From positions 1,216,001 to 1,280,000 of the forward strand of contig OY729426.1 of the NCBI GenBank assembly GCA_963422365.1: a stretch of DNA of 64,000 bases. The letters are read 5' to 3'. Source of the stretch: Nitrospirales bacterium (lineage in GTDB: Bacteria; Nitrospirota; Nitrospiria; Nitrospirales; UBA8639). A program made the translations under genes and the position numbers. Within the stretch, counting starts at the first letter, position 1. Every line of letters starts with the position of its first letter. Below, in pieces: positions 9,428-19,381 of the stretch. Below the pieces are notes generated by a model. It saw only the letters and a list, made by a program, of their open reading frames with translations, was not told the DNA's origin and made no database searches.

Positions 9428-9461
9428 GTCGCTGGCAGGGACGCAAGCTGCCGCATAGCTT
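9419..9461 (+). mobile_element. Degenerate, truncated attC-like site (right)
   Basis: GTCTGGT-AAGTC-GCTGGCAG...CTGCCGCATAGC; 3 transitions from GTCTAAC; imperfect hairpin; no GTTRRRY end. Confidence 0.35.
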
Positions 9462-9536
9462 TCCCCCCCCTCCCCCTTATAGGAGTTGTCACGTGCCTCA
9501 CCAGACATATCTGGTCGCCAAGTGTTTTTTCTCCTG

Positions 9537-9565
9537 TTGACTTGCTCGCTTCCCGTGCTTAGTCT
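9537..9565 (+). promoter_or_regulatory. Sigma70-like promoter
   Basis: TTGACT-17bp-TAGTCT. Confidence 0.5.
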
Positions 9566-9587
9566 TGCTTCAGAAGGGACGATACTC

Positions 9588-10196
9588 GTGACACCCAACC
9601 AAGGACCAGAGACGGACGTCGTGGCGACACGTTTTTCGATTAGCGGCGTGATTCCGCTCAATGTCCCCAATAGCCTCACCATTCTCCGGATTTTGTTAAT
9701 CCCGGTCATCGTGGGGTTTTTGGTCTATGAGCAGGTTGAGTATGCCCTGGTGACGTTGATCATTGCGGTACTGACCGATGCGCTCGATGGCACGATTGCT
9801 CGTCTGGCGAATCAGAAAACTCAATTTGGGGCCTACCTCGATCCGTTGGCGGATAAGTTGTTACTCATGGCGACGTTCGTGACGTTTTCCTTGTTGGAGA
9901 TGGTGCCGGCATGGAGTGTGATTCTTGTCGTGAGTCGCGATGCGATTTTACTCACCGGCACGTTGTTAGCCCATCTCGCCGATACGGCCATCGATGCCTC
10001 GCCCACGGCGTTAGGCAAGGCCACGACGCTGTTTCAAGTGAGCTATATTATTTTAGTGCTCGCCTGTATCTCCCAAGGGCTGGATCCTGTCTTGCTTTTT
10101 CCTCTGTTGTCGATGATGAGTTTGCTGACGGTCCTGTCCGGTCTGCATTACATCGTCCGCGGAGTCAGTCAGTTAAATATCTCTGAAGGTTCGTAA
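9588..10196 (+). CDS. CDP-alcohol phosphatidyltransferase, PgsA-like (start uncertain, 9588-9648)
   Basis: NVPNSLTILR, TDALDGTIAR...FGAYLDPLADK. Confidence 0.9.
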   Translation: MTPNQGPETDVVATRFSISGVIPLNVPNSLTILRILLIPVIVGFLVYEQVEYALVTLIIAVLTDALDGTIARLANQKTQFGAYLDPLADKLLLMATFVTFSLLEMVPAWSVILVVSRDAILLTGTLLAHLADTAIDASPTALGKATTLFQVSYIILVLACISQGLDPVLLFPLLSMMSLLTVLSGLHYIVRGVSQLNISEGS

Positions 10197-10224
10197 GGGT
10201 TTTCATTGTTCGTGGTGAGGTTCT

Positions 10225-12048
10225 ATGCTGCACACCCGGCTGGGTCAATTACTTCTTGATGCCGGGTGTCTTACCTCTGTGCAATTGCATGAGGCGTTAG
10301 CTCGACAGCAGGAGACCCGCCAACCTCTCGGCCAAATCCTCATTGAGCAACAGGTCATTTCCGACGAAACGTTACTGAAGTTTCTGGGCCAGCAGTATGG
10401 ATTGGCCACGGCGTATCCTTTCCCTGCCGAGGTTGCCCCACGGCTTGCCAGCTATATCCCTCAAGCCTGGGCTCAGCAACATGTGGCCGTGCCGTTGAGC
10501 AAAGTCAGCCGGCGGCTGACGGTTGCCTTAGCTGATCCGGCCAATCTCCATGTGTTGGATGAGGTTCGCTTTCGGACCGGCTTGCAAGTGGTTCCGGTAA
10601 TTGCCCTGGAGTCTGATATTCGCGAACGTATTCACGCGTTATATCAGCGGCAAGATCACGGTCATCACCCTGGCTCATCCCTGGCTCTGAGCCAGGATGA
10701 CACAGATTCCGCACATGCCGGTGCCCCTCGTTCCTCATCTGCTGACGATGCTCCACACCATGCCCCCAGAGTCGATTCGATATTGCAGTCTGAAGAGATG
10801 ATCGCGTTGTTGGACAAGGCCTCGTCGAGCCTACAGTACGCACAGCCGGAAGCAGGGGCCGAGACGTTGATCGAAGAGGAGTCTCCCGTCGCGCAGTTGG
10901 TGCAGACGATTCTTGAGCGCGCGGCCGGCATGGGCGTGAGTGACGTGCATTTGGAACCCTATGAGAGTGCGGTGCGTGTGCGGTTTCGGCTGGATGGCGT
11001 GTTGCATACGACGATGACCTATTCTCTAGGATTGCGAAATGCTGTGATCTCTCGACTCAAAATTCTCTCACATTTGGATATTGCCGAACGCCGTCTTCCT
11101 CAGGATGGGCGCACGACGTTAGCGTTGGGATCAAAGCGGACTGTCGATATTCGCATTTCGGTTTTGCCTTCCCTTCATGGGGAGAAAGCCGTGCTTCGTT
11201 TACTGAACCGGGCGGGGCAACTGGTCGATCTGTCGGCCTTAGGGTTAGATGCGACTGACACCCAGACGCTTCTCACGGCGTTGGAACGTCCCCATGGGAT
11301 GCTCTTGGTGACTGGTCCAACGGGGAGTGGAAAGACCACGACGCTTTACTCTGCGCTGCAAGTGTTAAATACGCCGGATGTGAATATCGTCACGGTCGAA
11401 GACCCGGTGGAATATCATTTTACCGGCATCACGCAAGTCCAAGTTAAGGAAGAGATTGGTCTTGGCTTTGCCCATGTCTTGCGGGCCTTTCTGAGGCAGG
11501 ACCCGGATATTATGATGGTGGGTGAAATCCGAGATTTAGAAACCGCGCAAATTGCAATCCGGGCTGCACTGACTGGGCATCGGGTTCTGTCCACCTTGCA
11601 TACGCATGATGCGGTCCGGGCGGTGACGCGGTTGCTTGAGATGGGGGTCGCCCCCTTTATGGTGGCTTCGTCGGTGAGTGTGATCGTGGCGCAGCGGCTT
11701 GTTCGTCGAATCTGCCACGATTGTCAGCGGCCGGCTGACCGTTTTTCGATAGAACGCCTTTGTCAGTTAGGGTTCACCGAACTGGAGACGCTGACCGTGG
11801 CCCTGGTTCGAGGACAGGGCTGTGCGGCATGTCACGGGACAGGCTATAAAGGGCGTATTGGTCTTTTTGAGGTGTTGCCGGTGTCCGAGGGGTTTCGAGC
11901 CCGTATCCTTGACCAGGAAACGGCGGATCAACTCAAGCAGCAGGCATTGGCCGATGGTTTGAAAACTATTCGACGAAGCGGATTGGACAAAATCAAGCAG
12001 GGGCTCACTACTGTTGAAGAGGTGGTGAGTGTGTCCACTGAGGATTAA
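10225..12048 (+). CDS. pilB: Type IV pilus assembly ATPase PilB (GspE family)
   Basis: MshEN-like RLGQLL, SDVHLEP, GPTGSGKTTT, EDPVEY, RQDPD, tetra-Cys zinc motif. Confidence 0.9.
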   Translation: MLHTRLGQLLLDAGCLTSVQLHEALARQQETRQPLGQILIEQQVISDETLLKFLGQQYGLATAYPFPAEVAPRLASYIPQAWAQQHVAVPLSKVSRRLTVALADPANLHVLDEVRFRTGLQVVPVIALESDIRERIHALYQRQDHGHHPGSSLALSQDDTDSAHAGAPRSSSADDAPHHAPRVDSILQSEEMIALLDKASSSLQYAQPEAGAETLIEEESPVAQLVQTILERAAGMGVSDVHLEPYESAVRVRFRLDGVLHTTMTYSLGLRNAVISRLKILSHLDIAERRLPQDGRTTLALGSKRTVDIRISVLPSLHGEKAVLRLLNRAGQLVDLSALGLDATDTQTLLTALERPHGMLLVTGPTGSGKTTTLYSALQVLNTPDVNIVTVEDPVEYHFTGITQVQVKEEIGLGFAHVLRAFLRQDPDIMMVGEIRDLETAQIAIRAALTGHRVLSTLHTHDAVRAVTRLLEMGVAPFMVASSVSVIVAQRLVRRICHDCQRPADRFSIERLCQLGFTELETLTVALVRGQGCAACHGTGYKGRIGLFEVLPVSEGFRARILDQETADQLKQQALADGLKTIRRSGLDKIKQGLTTVEEVVSVSTED

Positions 12049-12069
12049 TCCCGTTTGCGAGAGGACAAG

Positions 12070-12204
12070 ATGGTGGACGCTGCACCCCAATCCCGTTCGA
12101 ATGTCCAAACCTGGCCTTCGTTCCTGATGGAAAGCAGTGCCTCGGACTTACTTGCCAGTACCGGGAGCCCGGGTGGGGGAATTCGGTGGTTTCCGCAGTC
12201 TTGA
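12070..12204 (+). pseudogene. pilT: pilT N-terminal remnant (44 aa)
   Basis: SD gagagga, ATG; ..LMESSASDLLASTGSPGGGIR.. resembles PilT ASDLHxxxGSPPxIR; lies between pilB and pilC. Confidence 0.6.
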
Positions 12205-12217
12205 GAAGCGCCTGATC

Positions 12218-13429
12218 ATGCCGACTTTTGTCTATCGTGTGAAAACCCGGCAGGGTGGGATCCAGCAGGGAAAATTAGAGGCCGTAGACCAAAGAGCCGC
12301 ACTGCGGGCTTTACGCCAACGCGATCTGTTTGTGACCCGCATCCGAGAAAAACCCGACTCCTCTGTTGAATGGTGGTCCTTCCCGGGAGCAGCCCGCGTC
12401 CCTCAAAAAGACTTAATGGTCTTTACCTATCAACTCGAAGCCTTGATCAAAGCCGGAGTGCCCCTGTCGCAGAGTCTCGGGATGCTGGCGACGCAAGCGT
12501 CGTCTTCGGCCTTTCAAGAGGTGATCCGTGTCGTGAAGCAGCAGGTGGAGTCGGGAGCGTCTCTGGCTGGTGCGCTTCAAGGGCACCCCACGGTTTTCAC
12601 GTCTTGGTATGTCAGTATGGTAGAAGCCGGCGAGGAAGGCGGAATATTGGATGAGACGTTCGGCCGGCTAGCCGAACATTTGGACAAAGTGTTGCGGCTC
12701 AGGCAACAGGTGAAGCTGGCGTTGGCCTATCCTATGCTCGTGGTGATCGTGGCTGCTCTTGTGCTCTGGGTGTTGCTCATTTGGGTGATTCCTATGTTCG
12801 CCACCATGTTTGCCGATTGGGGTGATGCGCTTCCTTGGCCGACGGCGTTCGTGTTAGAGGTAAGTCTCTGGCTCCAGAATCATTGGGTGGCGGTGCTCAT
12901 CGGAGTTGTCGGTATGGGCATAGGAGGACGCCTGTGGGCGAAGACTCAATCGGGGCAACGGATGATCGAGGATTTCATTTTGCGCGTCCCCTTGTTAGGG
13001 GAGCTGTGGCGAAACGTGGCCGTTGTTCATGTCGCGAGAACGGTGGGGGTCTTGCTGGGGAGCGGCGTACCGATTTTACGCAGTCTGGAGATCGCCCAAA
13101 AGGTGTCCGGGTTACGGCGGATGGAACAAGCGTTAGAGGAAGCGAGATCGAGTGTTCGCGAGGGGCATACCTTGGCTGACCCGCTGGAGCAGTCTGGGAT
13201 GTTTCCCCCCTTGGTGTTCAACATGGTTGGAGTCGGTGAGTCGACTGGAAGTCTCGATACAGCCTTAGAAAAAATAGCGGACCTCTACGAGCGTGAAGTG
13301 GATCGCGATGTCGCTACAGTCACCGCCGTCCTGGAGCCTCTTATCATCGTCGTGTTAGGCATAGGCATTGGGTTTATTGTCGTGGCTATGTATCTTCCCA
13401 TTTTCTCGATGCCCTCTGTGTTTGACTAA
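12218..13429 (+). CDS. pilC: Type IV pilus platform protein PilC (GspF family)
   Basis: MPTFVY, AGVPL, AGEEGG, ALAYP, VGESTGSL, LEP, AMYLPIF. Confidence 0.92.
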   Translation: MPTFVYRVKTRQGGIQQGKLEAVDQRAALRALRQRDLFVTRIREKPDSSVEWWSFPGAARVPQKDLMVFTYQLEALIKAGVPLSQSLGMLATQASSSAFQEVIRVVKQQVESGASLAGALQGHPTVFTSWYVSMVEAGEEGGILDETFGRLAEHLDKVLRLRQQVKLALAYPMLVVIVAALVLWVLLIWVIPMFATMFADWGDALPWPTAFVLEVSLWLQNHWVAVLIGVVGMGIGGRLWAKTQSGQRMIEDFILRVPLLGELWRNVAVVHVARTVGVLLGSGVPILRSLEIAQKVSGLRRMEQALEEARSSVREGHTLADPLEQSGMFPPLVFNMVGVGESTGSLDTALEKIADLYEREVDRDVATVTAVLEPLIIVVLGIGIGFIVVAMYLPIFSMPSVFD

Positions 13430-13495
13430 TACCTCAAGGGGGCGGGCTCTTCCGCGTTGTTGCGAACGGGTAGGGCCGGTTGGTAAGAGTGCCTC

Positions 13496-14401
13496 ATGGG
13501 TAACGTGGATCGATCGCTTCTGTTGCATCCGCCGGCCAAGGTCAATCTTATTCTCAAAATTTTTGATCGACTGCCAAATGGGTATCATGCTCTGTGGTCG
13601 TTCATGCAAACGATTGGGGTGGCTGATGCATTAACGCTTCGGGTCACAGATGCGTTTGAAGGGATTCGTTTTGAATGTTCAGAGAGCTCTCTTTCGGTAC
13701 CTGCAGGCAACTTGGTATGTCGAGCTGCCGAAGTGGTGCTACGTCAGGCAGGTGTTTCCATGGGGGTCGCCTTGAAATTGACCAAGGGCATTCAGGTTGA
13801 GGCAGGTCTTGGTGGCGGCAGCAGTGATGCCGCGGCGACGATCATGGGCCTCAATCATCTGTTAGGCCTCGGCTGGACCAACGGCGATATGGCAACATTG
13901 GGTCAAACCTTGGGAAGTGATGTCCCCTTTTTTATTGAAGCGCCGACCGCCGTGGTTCATGGGTGGGGGCAATGGAGTATTCCGAAAACCCTTCAAGAGG
14001 TCCGGTGGATTGTGCTGGTGAATCCAGGGTTTTCAATCAAGACGGGTCAGGCGTATAGGCGCCTGGATGAGATGAGGCGGACGGTTTCGTTCTTGCCGGC
14101 ATCCTTGAAATCGTTTGAGCAAGCGGCATCTGTTTCCTGGCAGCAAATTTTGGCTTTGATGGAGAATGATTTTGAGACGGTCCTGTTCAGCGACTATCCC
14201 GTATTAGCCGACATAAAGAAGACCTTATTAGCGGTGGGAGCCGAGGGCGCTCTCTTGTCCGGCAGCGGAGCGACCCTGTTTGGCGTGTTTCGAGATCAAG
14301 CCAGTGCGACGCATGCCCAAGAGGTTCTCGCCGGGACTCCGGAGTATCAGGTTGCCATCGGCCCCTCTCTTCAACATGGCGTGTTGGAACAACCCTCGTA
14401 A
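13496..14401 (+). CDS. ispE: 4-diphosphocytidyl-2-C-methyl-D-erythritol kinase
   Basis: PAKVNL, GYH, AGLGGGSSDAA, LGSDVPFF, LSGSG. Confidence 0.96.
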   Translation: MGNVDRSLLLHPPAKVNLILKIFDRLPNGYHALWSFMQTIGVADALTLRVTDAFEGIRFECSESSLSVPAGNLVCRAAEVVLRQAGVSMGVALKLTKGIQVEAGLGGGSSDAAATIMGLNHLLGLGWTNGDMATLGQTLGSDVPFFIEAPTAVVHGWGQWSIPKTLQEVRWIVLVNPGFSIKTGQAYRRLDEMRRTVSFLPASLKSFEQAASVSWQQILALMENDFETVLFSDYPVLADIKKTLLAVGAEGALLSGSGATLFGVFRDQASATHAQEVLAGTPEYQVAIGPSLQHGVLEQPS

Positions 14402-14467
14402 TCTTGTATCACGTCACCATCCCTTTTCGGGGGCGGGATATGCTGTATGGCACCTTTTTCCTCTTTC

Positions 14468-14524
14468 GCAGCTGTGTGGGATCTCATCCCGACTTCTTTT
14501 AGGCCGTATGAGATACGGCCCTAC
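14468..14524. repeat. GTAG-type REP-like element, family A
   Basis: gggatctcatcccg...ttaggccgtatgagatacggccctac; related copies at 35715, 58721, 62911. Confidence 0.7.
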
Positions 14525-14734
14525 AGAACAAGAATATGAAAGGCGGTCCTGCAAAGACAGAGAGACGATTGTCACGGCGGGATGTCTGTTCGGAAACAGG
14601 GACAGGCCTTATCCCATTTGAAAAATGAGTTCGACGGCGTTCGGTTGTTGACAACAATAGATGGATGGCCTAAATAGTGCTTCAGGATTTTCTCCCATCT
14701 TCTTTTTTTCACTTTGCACACGGGAAGAGTGCTC

Positions 14735-15676
14735 ATGGCTGATGAACTGAAGCTGTTTGCCGGAAATTCCAATCCTGTCCTTGTCAACGAGATTAGTGCC
14801 TATTTGGGAGTGCCGTTGTCTCAGGCGGTGGTCTCGACCTTTAGCGATGGCGAAATCCGCGTCAAAGTCGAAGAAAACGTACGGGGAGGGGACTTGTTTG
14901 TCATTCAGTCCTGTTGCCACCCGGTCAATGCCTCGATCATGGAACTGTTGATTATGTTGGATGCGCTAAAACGCTCATCCGCCTATCGGATTACAGCCGT
15001 GATTCCTTATTTTGGCTATGCACGACAAGATCGAAAAGATCAACCGCGGGTCCCGATCAGCGCCAAGCTGATGGCTGATTTGATTACCACGGCTGGGGCG
15101 CATCGGGTGTTGACCATGGATTTGCATGCCGGCCCTATTCAGGGATTTTTCAATATCCCGGTCGACCATTTATATGCCAGACCGGTGTTGTTAGATTACG
15201 TCAAAAAAAGTCAATTAAAAGATGTGGTCGTGGTCTCGCCTGATGCCGGCGGGGTCGACCGCGCACGGGCTTTTGCCAAACGGTTGGAAGTGAATCTGGC
15301 TATCGTTGATAAACGTCGGGAGGGGTCTAATCAGGCCCAAGTGATGAATATGATCGGAGACGTGAGTGATCGCCATGTTTTATTGCTGGATGACATGATT
15401 GATACAGCCGGAACGATTGTGGAAACCGCCAAAGCCTGTACTGAGAATGGGGCCTCCATGGTCTGGGCCGTGTGTACCCATCCTGTGCTTTCCGGTCCTG
15501 CGATCGAGCGGATTGAACAATCCCCTCTGGCTCAAGTGGTGGCCACGAATTCGATCGCCCTTCAGGGCAAAGACCAGTTAAGTTTAAAAATTCGAATCCT
15601 TTCGGTGGCCCCTCTTCTTGGAGAAGCCATCAAGCGAATCCACGAGGAGCAATCAGTCACCTCATTATTCGACTGA
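14735..15676 (+). CDS. prs: Ribose-phosphate pyrophosphokinase
   Basis: FSDGE, PYFGYARQDRK, DLHA, SPDAGG, DDMIDTAGT. Confidence 0.98.
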   Translation: MADELKLFAGNSNPVLVNEISAYLGVPLSQAVVSTFSDGEIRVKVEENVRGGDLFVIQSCCHPVNASIMELLIMLDALKRSSAYRITAVIPYFGYARQDRKDQPRVPISAKLMADLITTAGAHRVLTMDLHAGPIQGFFNIPVDHLYARPVLLDYVKKSQLKDVVVVSPDAGGVDRARAFAKRLEVNLAIVDKRREGSNQAQVMNMIGDVSDRHVLLLDDMIDTAGTIVETAKACTENGASMVWAVCTHPVLSGPAIERIEQSPLAQVVATNSIALQGKDQLSLKIRILSVAPLLGEAIKRIHEEQSVTSLFD

Positions 15677-15812
15677 TACCTTTTTATTTAGTGAAAAGAC
15701 CTGTAGAATAGCAGCTTGAAGCTGTCGATGAGCCACAGACAGCCACGGATATCGATGATTGGCGGTGAGCGGAGTGTGGGCTCTGAAGAGTGAACGGAGC
15801 AAATGAGGGAGC

Positions 15813-16508
15813 ATGATGCAGTTTGTTGCTGAAGCCAAAATTAGAACGAAATCAGGAAAAGGGGCGGCTCGTCAAATCCGGCGGACAGGGCAGGTCCCCG
15901 CTGTGCTGTACGGTCAAGGGACGGTCAGGTTGATCCAACTCGACCCCAAGGCGATTCAGACTATTTTAGTGGCCCAAGCCGGGGGTACGGGTCTCATCTC
16001 CTTGACGATTGACGGGGATGAGCCTGCGCAACAACGTACTGCCGTGATTCAAGACGTTCAACAGGATCCTATCGTGGGATCGATTGTGCATGTTGATTTC
16101 TTGGAAGTGTCGATGGATAAGCTGGTTCGGGTGAATGTGCCAGTCCATATCACAGGGGGTGTGCCTATTGGTGTCAAGCGTGATCAAGGGGTGGTGCATC
16201 AGCCGATGAGAGAATTGCATATCGAATGCTTGCCCAATGTTATTCCTGACCAAATCGACGTGGATGCGTCGGCATTGGAAATTAATCAAGGCATTCATGT
16301 CCGGGACCTTCAGGCTGGCGAAGGCATCAAGGTTCTTGACGATCCCGATGGGATGGTCGTCAATGTGGCCGTGCCTATTTCAGATGAGAAATTGTCCGCG
16401 ATGCTGACGTCAGAAGCTATGTCGGTCGCTGGATCTCCGGAAGCCGCGCGCGCTGCTGAAGAACCCGAGGCGCTTACTCCTGCCAACCCCAGTGAACCCA
16501 AAAAATAA
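15813..16508 (+). CDS. rplY: 50S ribosomal protein L25/Ctc
   Basis: GKGAARQIR, VPAVLYG, HVDF; between prs and pth. Confidence 0.96.
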   Translation: MMQFVAEAKIRTKSGKGAARQIRRTGQVPAVLYGQGTVRLIQLDPKAIQTILVAQAGGTGLISLTIDGDEPAQQRTAVIQDVQQDPIVGSIVHVDFLEVSMDKLVRVNVPVHITGGVPIGVKRDQGVVHQPMRELHIECLPNVIPDQIDVDASALEINQGIHVRDLQAGEGIKVLDDPDGMVVNVAVPISDEKLSAMLTSEAMSVAGSPEAARAAEEPEALTPANPSEPKK

Positions 16509-16511
16509 CTC

Positions 16512-17081
16512 TTGCGTGTTATTGTCGGACTCGGGAATCCGGGCTTTGAATATGCCGCGACTCGTCATAACGTCGGCCAGAGGGTCGTGGCTCAAGCTGC
16601 GGCCCAGTGGGCTATCCCGTTACACCCGAATGGCTTAATGCAACAAGGAACCGGTCGAGTCCACGGTCACCCTGTTGCCCTCGCGCTTCCCGTGACGTTT
16701 ATGAACGTCTCCGGTGAAGCCGTGGAGGAATTCGTGACGGCGCATGACGTCCAGACGCAGGACTTGATCGTGGTCCATGATGATTTGGACTTGCCCGTCG
16801 GGCACCTTCGCATGAGGCCCGGAGGGGGAACGGGGGGGCATAAAGGCTTACGGTCAATCGTGATGGCCTTGGGTACCGAAGACTTCGCTCGGCTGAAAAT
16901 AGGCATAGGCCGGCCTGTACCGGATATGGATCCTGCCGATTTTGTGTTAGCCTCGTTGACGCCGGCAGAGTTGGAAGACCTGCAACCCATTATGACCCGG
17001 GCGGTTGAAGGGCTGGCCTATTTTGTGCTTCATGGTGTGCAAGAAGCGATGAATCACGTGAATCGCCGCATGCTGGCGTAA
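16512..17081 (+). CDS. pth: Peptidyl-tRNA hydrolase
   Basis: VGLGNPG, TRHNVG, MNVSG, HDDLDL, GGHKGLRS. Confidence 0.96.
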   Translation: MRVIVGLGNPGFEYAATRHNVGQRVVAQAAAQWAIPLHPNGLMQQGTGRVHGHPVALALPVTFMNVSGEAVEEFVTAHDVQTQDLIVVHDDLDLPVGHLRMRPGGGTGGHKGLRSIVMALGTEDFARLKIGIGRPVPDMDPADFVLASLTPAELEDLQPIMTRAVEGLAYFVLHGVQEAMNHVNRRMLA

Positions 17082-17197
17082 GTCATAAGATGGTGAGGGG
17101 AAAGCTTGGATCGGGCAACAGGCAAATCGCCAAGTCAAGTGCCAGGCAAAGTCAAGGGGTAACCTATTTCTCTGATGAAGACCTTCGAAGACGTAGT

Positions 17198-17227
17198 TTG
17201 ACAGTATATTTTACCCTATGGTAGTTT
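17198..17227 (+). promoter_or_regulatory. Sigma70-like promoter of rpsF operon
   Basis: TTGACA-18bp-TAGTTT with extended -10 TG. Confidence 0.55.
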
Positions 17228-17304
17228 CGATCCCCTTGTCACGAATCCCGTGAAGAAGGATGATTGCCAGTCTGGATCTTTCAGAGAGAGGATAGGAGTG
17301 CGGC

Positions 17305-17652
17305 ATGGCATTTTATGAATCAATTTTTATTCTTCGATCATCGTTGACGGATGAAGAAGCCACGGCGATTATCGAAAAGATGAGAAGTGTTTTAACAAAA
17401 CACGGGGCGACTATCGTGAAAGTCGATAATTGGGGGAAAAAAAAGCTCGCCTATGAAATTAAACACGACCGGCGCGGCACCTATATCTTGCTTCAATTTG
17501 AATCGGCGCAAGAGCATACGGTGAGTGAACTTGAACGGTTATACCGACTGGAAGACTCGGTCATGAAGTTCTTGACCGTGAGAGTGGAAGAAGAAGATCT
17601 CCAAGTGGCTGCGGCTGAAAAGGGAGAGGCCAAAGGTGGTGGGGTTCAATAA
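17305..17652 (+). CDS. rpsF: 30S ribosomal protein S6
   Basis: YESIFIL, WGKKKLAYEI. Confidence 0.97.
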   Translation: MAFYESIFILRSSLTDEEATAIIEKMRSVLTKHGATIVKVDNWGKKKLAYEIKHDRRGTYILLQFESAQEHTVSELERLYRLEDSVMKFLTVRVEEEDLQVAAAEKGEAKGGGVQ

Positions 17653-18046
17653 AATCGTTCTCATTGGGAATCTGACGCGAAACCCTGAGCTTCGGTACAC
17701 CCCCAGCGGCACTCCCGTTGCGAATTTCGGTTTGGCGGTGAATCGGCGGTTTCGCCAAGCCGATGATCAAAAAGAGGACGTGTGTTACGTTGATATCGTG
17801 GTATTTGGTAAGCAAGCCGAACATTGTGGCCAATACCTGAGTAAAGGTGATGGTGCCATTATCGATGGACGCCTCCAACAACGGCGGTGGGAAACGGAAG
17901 AAGGGCAACGCCGAAGCAAACATGAAGTGGTGGCGCAATCGGTCACTTTTCTCCCGAAAAGACAAAGCCATGGCGGTGAGTCTGAGTCTGGGGGGAGAGA
18001 AGAAGACCCGCACGACCCTTCATACGATTCAGAAGAGTATGTCTAA
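17636..18046 (+). CDS. ssb: Single-stranded DNA-binding protein
   Basis: [30 protein letters not shown]. Confidence 0.96.
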   Translation: MVGFNKIVLIGNLTRNPELRYTPSGTPVANFGLAVNRRFRQADDQKEDVCYVDIVVFGKQAEHCGQYLSKGDGAIIDGRLQQRRWETEEGQRRSKHEVVAQSVTFLPKRQSHGGESESGGREEDPHDPSYDSEEYV

Positions 18047-18072
18047 TTTTCGCACACGAGGAGAAGAGACAC

Positions 18073-18300
18073 GTGGAACGAGGGAGGCTTTTTCAGCGAC
18101 GTCGAGTTTGCCGGTTTTGTCACGAGACAACTCCTCTGGATTATAAAGATCTGAACTTGTTGCGTGGTTTTTTGACGGAACGAGGACGCATTATTCCGAG
18201 ACGGATATCGGGGAACTGTATACGGCACCAACGGAAGCTCACGATTGCGATCAAACGTGCCCGCAGTATTGCCCTGTTGGCCTTTGCCGAAGAGCGATAG
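18073..18300 (+). CDS. rpsR: 30S ribosomal protein S18
   Basis: [23 protein letters not shown]. Confidence 0.97.
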   Translation: MERGRLFQRRRVCRFCHETTPLDYKDLNLLRGFLTERGRIIPRRISGNCIRHQRKLTIAIKRARSIALLAFAEER

Positions 18301-18391
18301 GTGCGGTTGGACGGATTGTCCGAACCCGTCCTGGAAGTGTGCGATTTTGGTCTGTATCCCAGGGTCATGAGTCTCAGCGAGTCGAGGAAAC

Positions 18392-18955
18392 GTGGCCTCG
18401 CTAAGTTTCAGCGTGAAAGAAATTCCTCTGGAAGGCACACGTATTACCTGTGTCGTCGGGAGAGAGGAACTGCAGTTAGAGGAGAAAGATCCAGGGATAC
18501 AAGGCGTGCTCGCCTTGACGGCGACCATTCGTGCCGAGGATTCAACCTTCTGGGTGGAAGGCGAACTTAACGGCCTACTGGTGCACGAATGCGTGCGTTG
18601 TTTAGAAGAGTTTACAATGCCCGCTGCCCTTTCGTTTCGGGCTCTGTACAAAGACCTGAGTCGTCGGCGACCTAAAGGACAAGAGGCGGATGCTGTTCCG
18701 GAGGATTCAGATCGTGAAGAGACGGAGTTCTATCCCGTGGTCGAGCAGCAGATTGAATTACAAGAAGTGCTTCGTGAACAACTCATTTTGTCCATCCCGA
18801 TGCAACCCCTCTGTTCAGATGGCTGTCAAGGGTTATGTCAGGTGTGTGGACAAAATCTGAATGTGCAGACGTGCGGGTGCGAAGAAGTCAAAACGGCGTC
18901 TCCCTTTGCGGTCTTGCAAGAGGCATTCAAACTCTCACAAAAACCGTCGGCGTAA
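18392..18955 (+). CDS. yceD: YceD/DUF177 protein
   Basis: CVRCL, LC..GCQGLCQVCG.NLN..CGC; upstream of rpmF. Confidence 0.92.
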   Translation: MASLSFSVKEIPLEGTRITCVVGREELQLEEKDPGIQGVLALTATIRAEDSTFWVEGELNGLLVHECVRCLEEFTMPAALSFRALYKDLSRRRPKGQEADAVPEDSDREETEFYPVVEQQIELQEVLREQLILSIPMQPLCSDGCQGLCQVCGQNLNVQTCGCEEVKTASPFAVLQEAFKLSQKPSA

Positions 18956-19011
18956 CGGCAGGGGTTAGGGTAGACGAGCGCAGGTCGTTTCTGTGAGGTG
19001 AGGAGAGAACA

Positions 19012-19194
19012 ATGGCAAACCCCAAACATCGACATTCCAAGTCTAGGCGGGATAAACGGCGCACGCACAAGAAACTTGGCCTTCCGAGTTTTTCCATTTG
19101 TCCTCAATGTCACGAACGAATGTTACCTCATCGGACCTGCCTGTCGTGCGGTTACTACAAGCGCATGGCGATCATCGCGATTCAAGAAAGTTAA
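19012..19194 (+). CDS. rpmF: 50S ribosomal protein L32
   Basis: MANPKHRHSKSRRDKRR, CPQC..PHRTCLSCGYY. Confidence 0.97.
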   Translation: MANPKHRHSKSRRDKRRTHKKLGLPSFSICPQCHERMLPHRTCLSCGYYKRMAIIAIQES

Positions 19195-19381
19195 GGAACC
19201 TCTGCTTTATGGTGAGAGCGGCTGCAGGGCAAGGCGTCCCGCAGTGAACCTCGAGACCTGTCAACAAGTCGAGGGGTGAGCGAGGACACCACTCCACCAT
19301 GCGCCTGATCGTGCAATAAATCAGAGGTTCCCTAAGATGTTCTTATCTCTACCCTCCCAATTGGAGACTTAAGTACGATCC

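Noticed and set aside
13430..13495. Possible pilS remnant after pilC
   Set aside because: Too short, no start signal or recognisable motif
17082..17200. Possible ychF remnant after pth
   Set aside because: No GTPase motif recognisable; region is explained by the rpsF promoter
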